From contig OW818653.1 in NCBI GenBank assembly GCA_942492995.1, positions 900,001-932,000 of the forward strand: 32,000 nucleotides of DNA. Direction: 5' to 3'. The position numbers were made by a program, and so were the translations under genes. Below, one piece after another: positions 8,771-16,660 of the stretch. Source of the DNA: an uncultured Erysipelotrichaceae bacterium (GTDB lineage Bacteria; Bacillota_I; Bacilli_A; Erysipelotrichales; Erysipelotrichaceae). The notes under the pieces were generated by a model, which saw nothing but the letters and a program-made list of their open reading frames with translations, was not told the DNA's origin and ran no database searches. How positions within the stretch are numbered: position 1 is the stretch's first letter; each line of letters begins with the position of its first letter.

Positions 8771-9760
8771 TTACTTCGTTGTTTGACGAGGTGTAAATAG
8801 ATAACTTAATTCAATTTCACGATCATCAAATTCATCTTGTTTTAACATCTTCGTCATAACACGCATTGATACTGCGCCTAAATCATACGAAGGAATGGTA
8901 AACGATGATAGTTGAGGACGAACCATTGAGTTGTACTTCGAATCGATAATACATACGATTTCTAGTTCATCTGGAACTTTGATGTTATTTTCAAACGCCG
9001 CATTCGCAACTGCTAGAGCTTGTGAATCGCGATGTGCAATGACTAAATCATGGCGACGTGTTTTAAAGTATTCTTTAAGATACATATATGAACTACGATA
9101 TTCTGGTGGAATCTCAATAAACTGTTCAAAGATTAACCCTTTACGTTCAAACGCTAATGTAGCACCTTTGATCAATTGTTCTACCATGTATTTATTCTTA
9201 CGATCTTGGACAATTGCGATATCGCTCTTACCCATTTCAAGGTATTTAGTCACAAGTTCAAATACAGCTTTTTCTAAATCAACATAAACTGAACAGATGT
9301 TATTTGTGGACATCTTATTACCGATTAATACGATTGGGAATTGGTAATGGGTTAATGCTTTAAGTTCATCATACATAAGCTTATCGTTATAGATGACAAC
9401 TCCATCAACTCTTGATTTGATAATCGTTTCGATAATCTCACCAATTTCGACAATACCTTCAGATACAGTATGTAAAACGATGTTATATTTATAAATCTTA
9501 GCCACATCCAATAATCCATTGATAATTTGTCCTGTATACGAGAAACTCGCTTCAGGTACAACTAACGCAATGGTCGTGGTTTTTTGTAGGGCTAATCCTT
9601 GCGCAATCGCATTTGGTTTATAGCCTAATTTATCAATTGCTTCATTAACGCGTAAACGTGTGTCTTCTCTTACAATTTCGAGTCCATTAATAACTCTGGA
9701 TACAGTGGCTAGGGATACTCTCGCTTCTTTTGCGACATCATAGATCGTTACACGTTTCAT
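8771..9760 (-). CDS. ccpA: LacI-family transcriptional regulator, probable catabolite control protein A
   Basis: The N-terminal HTH is TIYDVAKEARVSLATVSRVINGLEIV...LGYKPNAIAQGLA. KTTTIALVVP...IYKYNIVL closely resembles CcpA. Its position relative to the ytxG/ytxH-like genes, murC and tyrS matches Bacillus. The specific CcpA assignment is an inference. Confidence 0.6.
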   Translation of the reverse strand: MKRVTIYDVAKEARVSLATVSRVINGLEIVREDTRLRVNEAIDKLGYKPNAIAQGLALQKTTTIALVVPEASFSYTGQIINGLLDVAKIYKYNIVLHTVSEGIVEIGEIIETIIKSRVDGVVIYNDKLMYDELKALTHYQFPIVLIGNKMSTNNICSVYVDLEKAVFELVTKYLEMGKSDIAIVQDRKNKYMVEQLIKGATLAFERKGLIFEQFIEIPPEYRSSYMYLKEYFKTRRHDLVIAHRDSQALAVANAAFENNIKVPDELEIVCIIDSKYNSMVRPQLSSFTIPSYDLGAVSMRVMTKMLKQDEFDDREIELSYLFTPRQTTK

Positions 9761-10194
9761 TCTTCATCATCCTTCTGTTTAGGTTTTAACCATTCTCTTA
9801 ACTTTTCAATGCCCTTTTCGGCAATATCCAAGGTTTTTTCTTTAGCAACTTCTATCTTTTCTTGTACTTCAGGTTTTTCGAAGAATTCAACGGTTTTATC
9901 TGAAACAACTTTTGCGCCTTCTTTTACGGATTCCACAACTTTTTGTACATTTTCATTTTCACGAATATCATCAATTATTTTTCGACCGGATTCTACGACA
10001 TCATCCGCTTTATCTTTAATTTTCGTTTTCAATTCTTCATCTTCTTTTAATTCTTCAAATCTTTGTGCAACTTTATCAACCGCATCTAAAGTCACATCTT
10101 TGGCTTTTTCAAAGTTCTCTTTAAGATGGATATCTTCTGCTAGATCTTTTCCTGACTCTACCACTTTTTCAAATGTTTTCTTAATGTCTTCCAT
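9757..10194 (-). CDS. YtxH-like Glu/Lys-rich helical stress-type protein
   Basis: 145 aa, highly charged coiled-coil-like repeats (KDxxxDxxxKxxE). It sits between a DUF948-like gene and ccpA as in the B. subtilis ytxGH region. No N-terminal TM helix is seen. Confidence 0.5.
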   Translation of the reverse strand: MEDIKKTFEKVVESGKDLAEDIHLKENFEKAKDVTLDAVDKVAQRFEELKEDEELKTKIKDKADDVVESGRKIIDDIRENENVQKVVESVKEGAKVVSDKTVEFFEKPEVQEKIEVAKEKTLDIAEKGIEKLREWLKPKQKDDEE

Positions 10195-10206
10195 ATCTGT
10201 GCCTTT

Positions 10207-10587
10207 CTAAGCGTTTTGCTCTTCTTCAGGTTCAGGTGTTTGAACCTCATTCTTCTTATCAAATATTCCAAATATCCAAGCTTTAATTGTTTCAAAATGC
10301 TCGACTAGGAATAACGCTAATGTAGTGACAGAATGTTTTGTGAAATTCTGTACTGTTATGATTCCATTCGCTAAGCTGGTGATGACACCGATTGAAACTT
10401 GTAAGTCATTTAATTCTTTATCTACGATGTTCATTGTTTTATCTACTCGATCGAGTAGTAAATCGACTTTCTTCATCATTAAATAGAGTCGATAGAATAA
10501 AAACAATAAAAATATCAGTACAAGCGCACCTAAAGTTGGTAGCACTAGTACTGATATCTCTTTTAAAGCCAAGAAAAATGCATCCAT
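10207..10587 (-). CDS. DUF948/YtxG-like membrane-anchored protein
   Basis: 126 aa with an N-terminal TM helix (VLVLPTLGALVLIFLLFLF), then a helical region and an acidic tail. Syntenic with ytxG downstream of murC. Confidence 0.5.
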   Translation of the reverse strand: MDAFFLALKEISVLVLPTLGALVLIFLLFLFYRLYLMMKKVDLLLDRVDKTMNIVDKELNDLQVSIGVITSLANGIITVQNFTKHSVTTLALFLVEHFETIKAWIFGIFDKKNEVQTPEPEEEQNA

Positions 10588-10607
10588 AGTTCCACCTCTT
10601 TAACCTT

Positions 10608-10636
10608 ATTATAGTTAAGAATGAAAATATTTTCAA
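10608..10636 (-). promoter_or_regulatory. Near-consensus SigA-type promoter for the ytxG-like/ytxH-like/ccpA string
   Basis: Minus strand: TTGAAA (10636-10631), 17-nt spacer, TATAAT (10613-10608). The -35 element overlaps the murC stop codon. Confidence 0.6.
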
Positions 10637-11937
10637 TGATTTTGATAGACTTTCAATAAATTGGCTAATCCATAAATATCTTTCGAACTCATGAATAGAT
10701 AAACTGCTGGTCCTGAAGCATTTAAAAGCTTCGCACCATTATCATTTTCTTCTATAACAATTGCTTTTTTAGAGCGTTCTTTCAAATAATCAATGGTAAT
10801 ATCATAGCCTGCTTCTTGATCATCGATTGCGCTGAATCCACAGAGATAAACTTCATCTGCTTTATCTAATGCTTTGGCAAACGCATCCGCGAAATGGAAT
10901 AGACGTGATACACGATGAGGTTTGAAGATTGCGATTAATTTATGGTTAGGATAACGAAGTCTTGCGGCATCAATAGTGACACTGACTTCAGTTGGATGAT
11001 GGGCATAATCATCAATATATACATTTGGACCATTCACTTCAACTTTGAATCGACGTGCCGCATTCTCAAATCGTCCTAAACCCTCTTCAATTAGCTCTAG
11101 AGGCATATTCTCTAATAAACCAATTCCGATACACCCTAAGGCATTCCACAAGAGGTGACGCCCAGAAAACGGTATACGCATGATTCCTTTATATTCATTT
11201 AAGAATGATAATTCGAAAATAGTCTCATGTTCGTTCTCTGTTATAACTTTAGCGTACAAGTCATCAGATGGCTCTAAACCATAGGTATAAACATTAGCTT
11301 TTAAATCTAATTTACGAATTTCAGGATCATCCCCATAAACCATAATCGCTTTAGATACATTTAAAGCGAACTGTTCATACGCAGACGCATAATCCTTCTC
11401 ATCTTTGTAATAATCCACATGATCATAATCTACATTCGTAATAACCGCATATTCAGGGAAATACGATAAAAAGAAACGACGATACTCATCCGCTTCAATT
11501 ACACAATAATGCGAACTCTCTTCTAAATGTCCATTACCATCACCAATTAAATATGCAGTTGGTTTATACACACTTAAAAGACTAGTCATCATTTTAGTTG
11601 TAGTTGTTTTACCATGTGAACCTGTAATCGCAACCCCATGATAATTCTTAAGTAATTTACCTAAATATTCATGATAACGATACACAGTATACGTACTATT
11701 CGCACGTATCACTTTAACATCATCATTGTCTTCTTTAAACGCATTCCCAATAATAACGGTTGAACCATCTTTAGGAAAGGTATTAAATGGATGAATTTTT
11801 ATTTTATTTTGAAGTAATTTTTCTTCAGTAAAGAAATGTTTCTCTAAATCAGAGCCTTCTACTTCTTCACCCATTTCATGTAACATACACGCTAAGGCTG
11901 CCATTCCGGCACCTTTAATTCCTAGGAAAAATATCAT
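10633..11937 (-). CDS. murC: UDP-N-acetylmuramate--L-alanine ligase
   Basis: N-terminal GIKGAGMAALA, ATP-binding loop TGSHGKTTTT, Mur ligase middle and C-terminal domains, 434 aa. The SD AGGAG directly follows the upstream stop codon. Confidence 0.9.
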   Translation of the reverse strand: MIFFLGIKGAGMAALACMLHEMGEEVEGSDLEKHFFTEEKLLQNKIKIHPFNTFPKDGSTVIIGNAFKEDNDDVKVIRANSTYTVYRYHEYLGKLLKNYHGVAITGSHGKTTTTKMMTSLLSVYKPTAYLIGDGNGHLEESSHYCVIEADEYRRFFLSYFPEYAVITNVDYDHVDYYKDEKDYASAYEQFALNVSKAIMVYGDDPEIRKLDLKANVYTYGLEPSDDLYAKVITENEHETIFELSFLNEYKGIMRIPFSGRHLLWNALGCIGIGLLENMPLELIEEGLGRFENAARRFKVEVNGPNVYIDDYAHHPTEVSVTIDAARLRYPNHKLIAIFKPHRVSRLFHFADAFAKALDKADEVYLCGFSAIDDQEAGYDITIDYLKERSKKAIVIEENDNGAKLLNASGPAVYLFMSSKDIYGLANLLKVYQNH

Positions 11938-11947
11938 GTAAACTCCT

Positions 11948-12676
11948 CTATTTCATATCATCAAACAACGAAAATTGATGAGCAAGTTCATCCTCTTCAA
12001 TACTTGTTTCATGCACTTCTACTTTATCATCTTGTGGTTTAATTGGGCTTAATAAATCATCTAAACTATAATTCTCTGATTTAAATTTTGGTAAATCCTT
12101 TGATTCAGGTTCAATATATGGATCAAACTTATAACTAGGTTTATCATTTCGTACAATAGGAGTTTCAGGTGTCTTCTTATTCTCAACATCCCCATAAATA
12201 GGACTAATAACCGTATTAATACGACTTCTCTTTAAGGTTTGTGGAGTATTTACAACATGTTTAACCGATTGATTTTTCTTGGATTCAGACACCCCAAACA
12301 TCGGACTAATTACCGGTCTAAATTCATAAATTGGTTTTTCTTTGACCACTCTTTGTTTCTCACGAACAGGTGTTGGTTCATCAAACGCAATCCCAAAATC
12401 AGTCTTTAAAGGTTTGATTAATTCTTCAACAGGCGCATGTATAACCTCTTCTTCGACAACTGGTTTAACATCTTCCTTAACAACTTCTGGAATTACTTCT
12501 ACCGGTTTTGGATTCATCGATGAGATTAAAGAACGCTCAGGTTTAACAGGTTTCTCTTTATTACTTTGCGGTAAAAAAGAACGTTCAGGTTTAACGGGTT
12601 TTTCTTTTGGCTCTAATTCCTCTTCAATTACTTCTTCTTCCTCTTCAAACAACAAGGACGCAAGTTTTTTTAACAT
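11948..12676 (-). CDS. Acidic, Pro/Lys/Glu-rich repeat protein of unknown function, probably largely disordered
   Basis: 242-aa ORF in a tight co-directional string. It has an N-terminal amphipathic segment and internal repeats (see findings). No family recognised. Confidence 0.6.
   Translation of the reverse strand: MLKKLASLLFEEEEEVIEEELEPKEKPVKPERSFLPQSNKEKPVKPERSLISSMNPKPVEVIPEVVKEDVKPVVEEEVIHAPVEELIKPLKTDFGIAFDEPTPVREKQRVVKEKPIYEFRPVISPMFGVSESKKNQSVKHVVNTPQTLKRSRINTVISPIYGDVENKKTPETPIVRNDKPSYKFDPYIEPESKDLPKFKSENYSLDDLLSPIKPQDDKVEVHETSIEEDELAHQFSLFDDMK
12528..12607. repeat. Tandem 48-nt-period duplication inside the acidic protein gene
   Basis: The 32-nt cores AAAGAACGCTCAGGTTTAACAGGTTTCTCTTT (12528-12559) and AAAGAACGTTCAGGTTTAACGGGTTTTTCTTT (12576-12607) match at 29 of 32 positions. 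They encode KEKPVKPERS twice, 16 aa apart. Confidence 0.9.
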
Positions 12677-12687
12677 CGTCTTTCTCC

Positions 12688-13431
12688 TTACTCTTCAATT
12701 ATTGCACCGTCGATCGTCTCAACGAGTGGATCATTTTCATCAAACCCTTCATAATAATTTTCATCGAATGTAATATCATCTTCTTCTTTTATCATATCGA
12801 CAACTGTACCTGATTCAGGCCCAGATTGTGCAAACATATTTAAACTTTGGGTTTTAAAATCAATGACTTCACGATTTGAATACGCTGCTAGAATTAATTC
12901 ACGATCAATCTTTGTACTACGCGCTACTCGTAACATATCATAGAGGATGTCAGGAGATACGGATAATGGATGGATGGATGTAAAGATAAAGTGTTCGGTT
13001 TGTAGGCTTAACAGTACTGTATCGTCTGATAGTTTTATCGAACTTACAAAATAGGCTGTTGGAGTCGATGCGACACTTTGATAGAATCCGCTTGTCGTAT
13101 AGAATGCATTCTCAGTCTTCAATAGTTTACGAATTGCTTTTGATTCTTCACGATAATACGATTGGTTTAAAATGTTTATAACATCTAAATACATTAAGAT
13201 ATTTTGATTGTGACTACGCAATGTGACAGAGTTCTCAGTCGCTGATTTACGTCCAATTGAAGGCGGAATATAGTAACTGAATAAATCACGATTCATTGTA
13301 GAATATTCACTCATTGTTTGATTGTTCGCATTTAATATCGCTTTATCATAGGAGCTATTATCAAAATAAGCATTTGATGAACACCCTGATAAGACGATTA
13401 AAATCGATAAAACAACGAATAATTTACGCAT
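12688..13431 (-). CDS. Lipoprotein of unknown function
   Basis: Lipobox MRKLFVVLSILIVLSGC|S, 247 aa, acidic C-terminal tail. The start codon directly abuts the M42 peptidase stop (TAAATG). Confidence 0.6.
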   Translation of the reverse strand: MRKLFVVLSILIVLSGCSSNAYFDNSSYDKAILNANNQTMSEYSTMNRDLFSYYIPPSIGRKSATENSVTLRSHNQNILMYLDVINILNQSYYREESKAIRKLLKTENAFYTTSGFYQSVASTPTAYFVSSIKLSDDTVLLSLQTEHFIFTSIHPLSVSPDILYDMLRVARSTKIDRELILAAYSNREVIDFKTQSLNMFAQSGPESGTVVDMIKEEDDITFDENYYEGFDENDPLVETIDGAIIEE

Positions 13432-14517
13432 TTATTGGTTAGCCTTCTTTAACACTTCTATTGTATCACTATTTAATGTGTCTAAAAGTTTCAATACAGC
13501 ACTTAGTGCATTACTGTAATCATCCGCATCAATGATAGAACTATTTGTATGAATATTACGTGCACAGATGCACATCGTAAGTGTCATAATTCCTTCATAT
13601 TGGCGATGAACTGCACCTGCATCTGTACCACCTAAAGATTGATAATACTGATAAGGAAGTTGATGTTTCTCAAGTAAATCAACATAGTGATTAATAAATC
13701 CACGATGTGGTAAGAAGTTCGCATCAATGAAACGAACAAGTGGTCCTGCACCTAATTGACCAAACGCTGTTTTATCACCACTCGCATCATTTGCGGGTGA
13801 ACAATCAAAGATAATAGCCGCATCTGGTTTAATCTTATACGCGATGGTTTGAGCACCTCGAATACCAACTTCTTCTTGAACACTCGCTCCTACTGCTAAA
13901 TGTACATCAAGTTCCACATCCTTTAGGGCTTCTAGAACTTCAAGACCCATTGCACATCCATAACGATTATCAAATGCTTTACCTAATAAACGTTTTGAGC
14001 CCGTTAGTACTTCAAAATTACCATCTAGAATTGCCGCATCACCGACTTGAATTCCATGGTTTATTACATCTTCTTTACTGCTAAACCCTAGATCAACTAA
14101 CATATGTTTAAGTTCCATCGGTTTCGCTCTTACTTCATCCGTTAATAGATGAGGTGGAATACTTCCGATTGTCCCTTTAAACTTTTTACCTAAACGATTC
14201 TTAACAATTACACGTTGACCAAGCAAGGTTTGTGACCACCAACCACCAATTGGAGCTAAACTGATACACCCCTTTTCATTGATATCTCTTACCACAAAAC
14301 CCACTTCATCCATATGTCCCAGCAACATCACCGTTTTCGCATTTGGGTTCTTTGAACGCTTGATTGCCATCACAGAGCCAAGATTATCAAACACGATTTC
14401 ATTGGTATATGCACTGTATTTATCTTTCAAATAGTCACGAACTTCTGATTCATCACCACTAATGGCCATGAGTTCAGTTAATTCTTTTAGCGTTTGAATT
14501 GATTTTTCACTTAACAT
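13432..14517 (-). CDS. M42-family metallo-aminopeptidase (YtoP/PepA/CelM-like)
   Basis: Motifs LLGHMDEVGFVV, DNRYGC and VQEEVG are present. The start is set at the second ATG (MLSEKSIQTL...), 7 nt after GGAGG. The ATG at 14520 is equally possible. The ORF-track start at 14538 is less likely. Confidence 0.85.
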   Translation of the reverse strand: MLSEKSIQTLKELTELMAISGDESEVRDYLKDKYSAYTNEIVFDNLGSVMAIKRSKNPNAKTVMLLGHMDEVGFVVRDINEKGCISLAPIGGWWSQTLLGQRVIVKNRLGKKFKGTIGSIPPHLLTDEVRAKPMELKHMLVDLGFSSKEDVINHGIQVGDAAILDGNFEVLTGSKRLLGKAFDNRYGCAMGLEVLEALKDVELDVHLAVGASVQEEVGIRGAQTIAYKIKPDAAIIFDCSPANDASGDKTAFGQLGAGPLVRFIDANFLPHRGFINHYVDLLEKHQLPYQYYQSLGGTDAGAVHRQYEGIMTLTMCICARNIHTNSSIIDADDYSNALSAVLKLLDTLNSDTIEVLKKANQ

Positions 14518-15139
14518 CATTCTTCCTCCATACAGCACGATAGATGACTTGTCCTAAATCCATAAAGTGCTGTTCATACTCAGTAATCGCATCATCATTG
14601 TGTTCATTTCGTCTGAAATCAACACTAAATTCAGTTAATCGTAATGGATAATCTTCCCAAACTAATAATGTATATTCAAACAAATCTTTATTATCTGTTT
14701 TAAATTTAAACTCAGAAGTATCTGTTGTAATCTTTAACATACGTTCAATAAATAAATTCGATGTTAAACGACGTTTATGATAACGTTTCTTCGGCCATGG
14801 ATCAGAGAAGTTCAAATGAACCGTATCGATTTCTTTTAAATCAAACCAATTCTCTAGTTCTTCCGCATCCCCAACAATCCATACTGCATTTTTAGGATTA
14901 TCTTTCTTAAGCGCTATCGCAGAGACATTCTTATCTCTTTCTAACGCAATCCATAAACAATCTGGCTGTAATTCAGCCATCTTGCGCCAATAATCACCTT
15001 TTCCGCTACCAATTTCTAAAACTATTTTCTTAACGTTAAACTCTTTTTTCCATTTCCCTTTTAAAAGACTTGGATCTTGTATAACACTTGGATGAGCACT
15101 GATAAAATCCATTGCCCATGGTTTATTCCGCATTCTCAT
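14507..15139 (-). CDS. trmB: tRNA (guanine46-N7)-methyltransferase
   Basis: 210 aa, MRMRNKPWA..., SAM-binding EIGSGKG, FSDPWPKKRHHKRR-type motif (FSDPWPKKRYHKRR). Confidence 0.9.
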   Translation of the reverse strand: MRMRNKPWAMDFISAHPSVIQDPSLLKGKWKKEFNVKKIVLEIGSGKGDYWRKMAELQPDCLWIALERDKNVSAIALKKDNPKNAVWIVGDAEELENWFDLKEIDTVHLNFSDPWPKKRYHKRRLTSNLFIERMLKITTDTSEFKFKTDNKDLFEYTLLVWEDYPLRLTEFSVDFRRNEHNDDAITEYEQHFMDLGQVIYRAVWRKNDVK

Positions 15140-15140
15140 A

Positions 15141-16517
15141 CTATTTCGACAAATCGTAAATCGCTTGTGCGTAAATAGCGGTTGCTAAATAGAATTGTTC
15201 AAGTTCATACCCTTCATCTGCTTGATGAACTTGTCCAACCCATGCTGGTCGATTACGAGTTGGGAATTCAGCCCCAAATGCGACGAAATTCTTAAATGAA
15301 CGAGCATAAGTTCCACCACCCATGGTTAATAAAGGTGTTGTCATATCTTTTGAATAATCACGATAAATAGTTTCTAATGTAGAGACAAGTGTACTCTTTG
15401 GATTTACAAACAAAGGTTCTTTCGCTTGGATTAATGAAACAGATAGTTCAGATTTATTTTCTTTAAACGTGTTACATATTGTATTAAAGATAAACTCATC
15501 ATTGGTTTCATTCGGATAGCGTATATCAAGAATTATATGTGCATGGTTATGTTCAATTTCCACAACCCCAATATTCAATGTTAAATAACCCATATGTGAA
15601 CCAAATACTTTAATTCCTAATGGTTCAGCTCTCCAATCACGTAATAATGTGGCAGTTTTAGACGCAAATTCATCTTTGTATGCACTACCGACAAAGTTTA
15701 AACAATGCCAAGCCGCATTAATCCCATCATCAGGTTTTGCGCCATGACTAAACTTACCATAGATTTTATACGTTACTTCGCCATTTAATTCACTTACTTC
15801 ACCTTTTAAATGGTTTGTGTTTAAGTAGAAATTAAATAGATCATTCTGTGCATATCCAAGTAATGTAACACTTGCTTCACCGATACAAATATTAGGTCTT
15901 TCACCTGCTTTTAAACGTAGTATCTTAGTTTGTACATCGCCATCTAAACTTAAATTCATAATCCCTTTTTCACCATAAACAACCGGGAAATCCGCATCTG
16001 GCACAAAGCCAAAATCAGGAATCTCACCATGTTCATTGTAATATTTCATACAGGACATACCTGTTTCTTCATCGCATCCAACAATTAAGAATACACGTTT
16101 TGATGGTTTAAAGCCCATTTCTTTTAGGATTTTCATCGCATAATAACCAGCCATCGTTGGTCCTTTATCATCCTGTGCACCACGACCCATAATAAATCCT
16201 TCTTTGATTTCACCACCAAATGGATTAACTGTCCAACCTGTCCCAATTGGCACAATATCAAGATGTCCTAAGACACCCATAATTTCAGTTCCTTCGCCAA
16301 ATTCCACTACCCCTGCATAACCTTCTAAATCACGCGTTTTAAAGCCATCTTCTTTTGCCATATTTAAAACATAATCCAATGCGTTTCTAAGTTCTTTACC
16401 GAAAGGCGCATTTTCTGCTTTTGTATCTAAATCACGTAAGGAAGGAATTTGAATTAATCCCTGTAAATCCTTAACCATTTCTTCTTTTCTGTTTAATGTT
16501 TCTTGATAAAAGTCCAT
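15141..16517 (-). CDS. pepV: M20-family dipeptidase PepV
   Basis: 458 aa with LGHLDIVP, GRGAQDDKGP, DEETG and the lid domain typical of PepV/Sapep. Confidence 0.85.
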   Translation of the reverse strand: MDFYQETLNRKEEMVKDLQGLIQIPSLRDLDTKAENAPFGKELRNALDYVLNMAKEDGFKTRDLEGYAGVVEFGEGTEIMGVLGHLDIVPIGTGWTVNPFGGEIKEGFIMGRGAQDDKGPTMAGYYAMKILKEMGFKPSKRVFLIVGCDEETGMSCMKYYNEHGEIPDFGFVPDADFPVVYGEKGIMNLSLDGDVQTKILRLKAGERPNICIGEASVTLLGYAQNDLFNFYLNTNHLKGEVSELNGEVTYKIYGKFSHGAKPDDGINAAWHCLNFVGSAYKDEFASKTATLLRDWRAEPLGIKVFGSHMGYLTLNIGVVEIEHNHAHIILDIRYPNETNDEFIFNTICNTFKENKSELSVSLIQAKEPLFVNPKSTLVSTLETIYRDYSKDMTTPLLTMGGGTYARSFKNFVAFGAEFPTRNRPAWVGQVHQADEGYELEQFYLATAIYAQAIYDLSK

Positions 16518-16610
16518 AAGTTTACCTCTTTCCCATTATTTTATCATATTTGAAATGATAGTTTTTCATAGACATCATTTTCTTTCAATAATTATAATTA
16601 ATCTATATAT

Positions 16611-16655
16611 AAAAAATGCACCCCTAGCTGTTAGTTGTCTAACTTTTGGGGTGCA
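16611..16655 (-). terminator. Rho-independent terminator of pnp
   Basis: Minus strand: TGCACCCC-(23 nt with an inner GTTAG/CTAAC stem)-GGGGTGCA followed by TTTTTT. It begins 6 nt after the pnp stop. Confidence 0.8.
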
Positions 16656-16660
16656 CTTCA

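Noticed and set aside
8527-8786. The 19-codon N-terminal extension of the tyrS ORF (GTG at 8583) and the plus-strand 65-aa ORF 8589-8786.
   Set aside because: Both lie within the T-box leader. The extension translates the T-box and terminator sequence itself. The real tyrS start (ATG 8526) has a strong AAGGAGG.
12966-12980. An (ATGG)3-4 microsatellite inside the lipoprotein gene, a possible phase-variation tract.
   Set aside because: It has too few units for efficient slippage and lies mid-gene in frame. There is no evidence of variation from a single sequence.
16551-16582. An AT-rich inverted repeat (AAATGAT-14 nt-ATCATTT) and a nearby CodY-box-like ATTTTCTTTCAATAATT in the pepV upstream region.
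   Set aside because: The stem is only 7 bp and AT-rich. The CodY-box match has about five mismatches to AATTTTCWGAAAATT. The region is AT-rich enough to produce such matches by chance. I could not assign a confident pepV promoter either.
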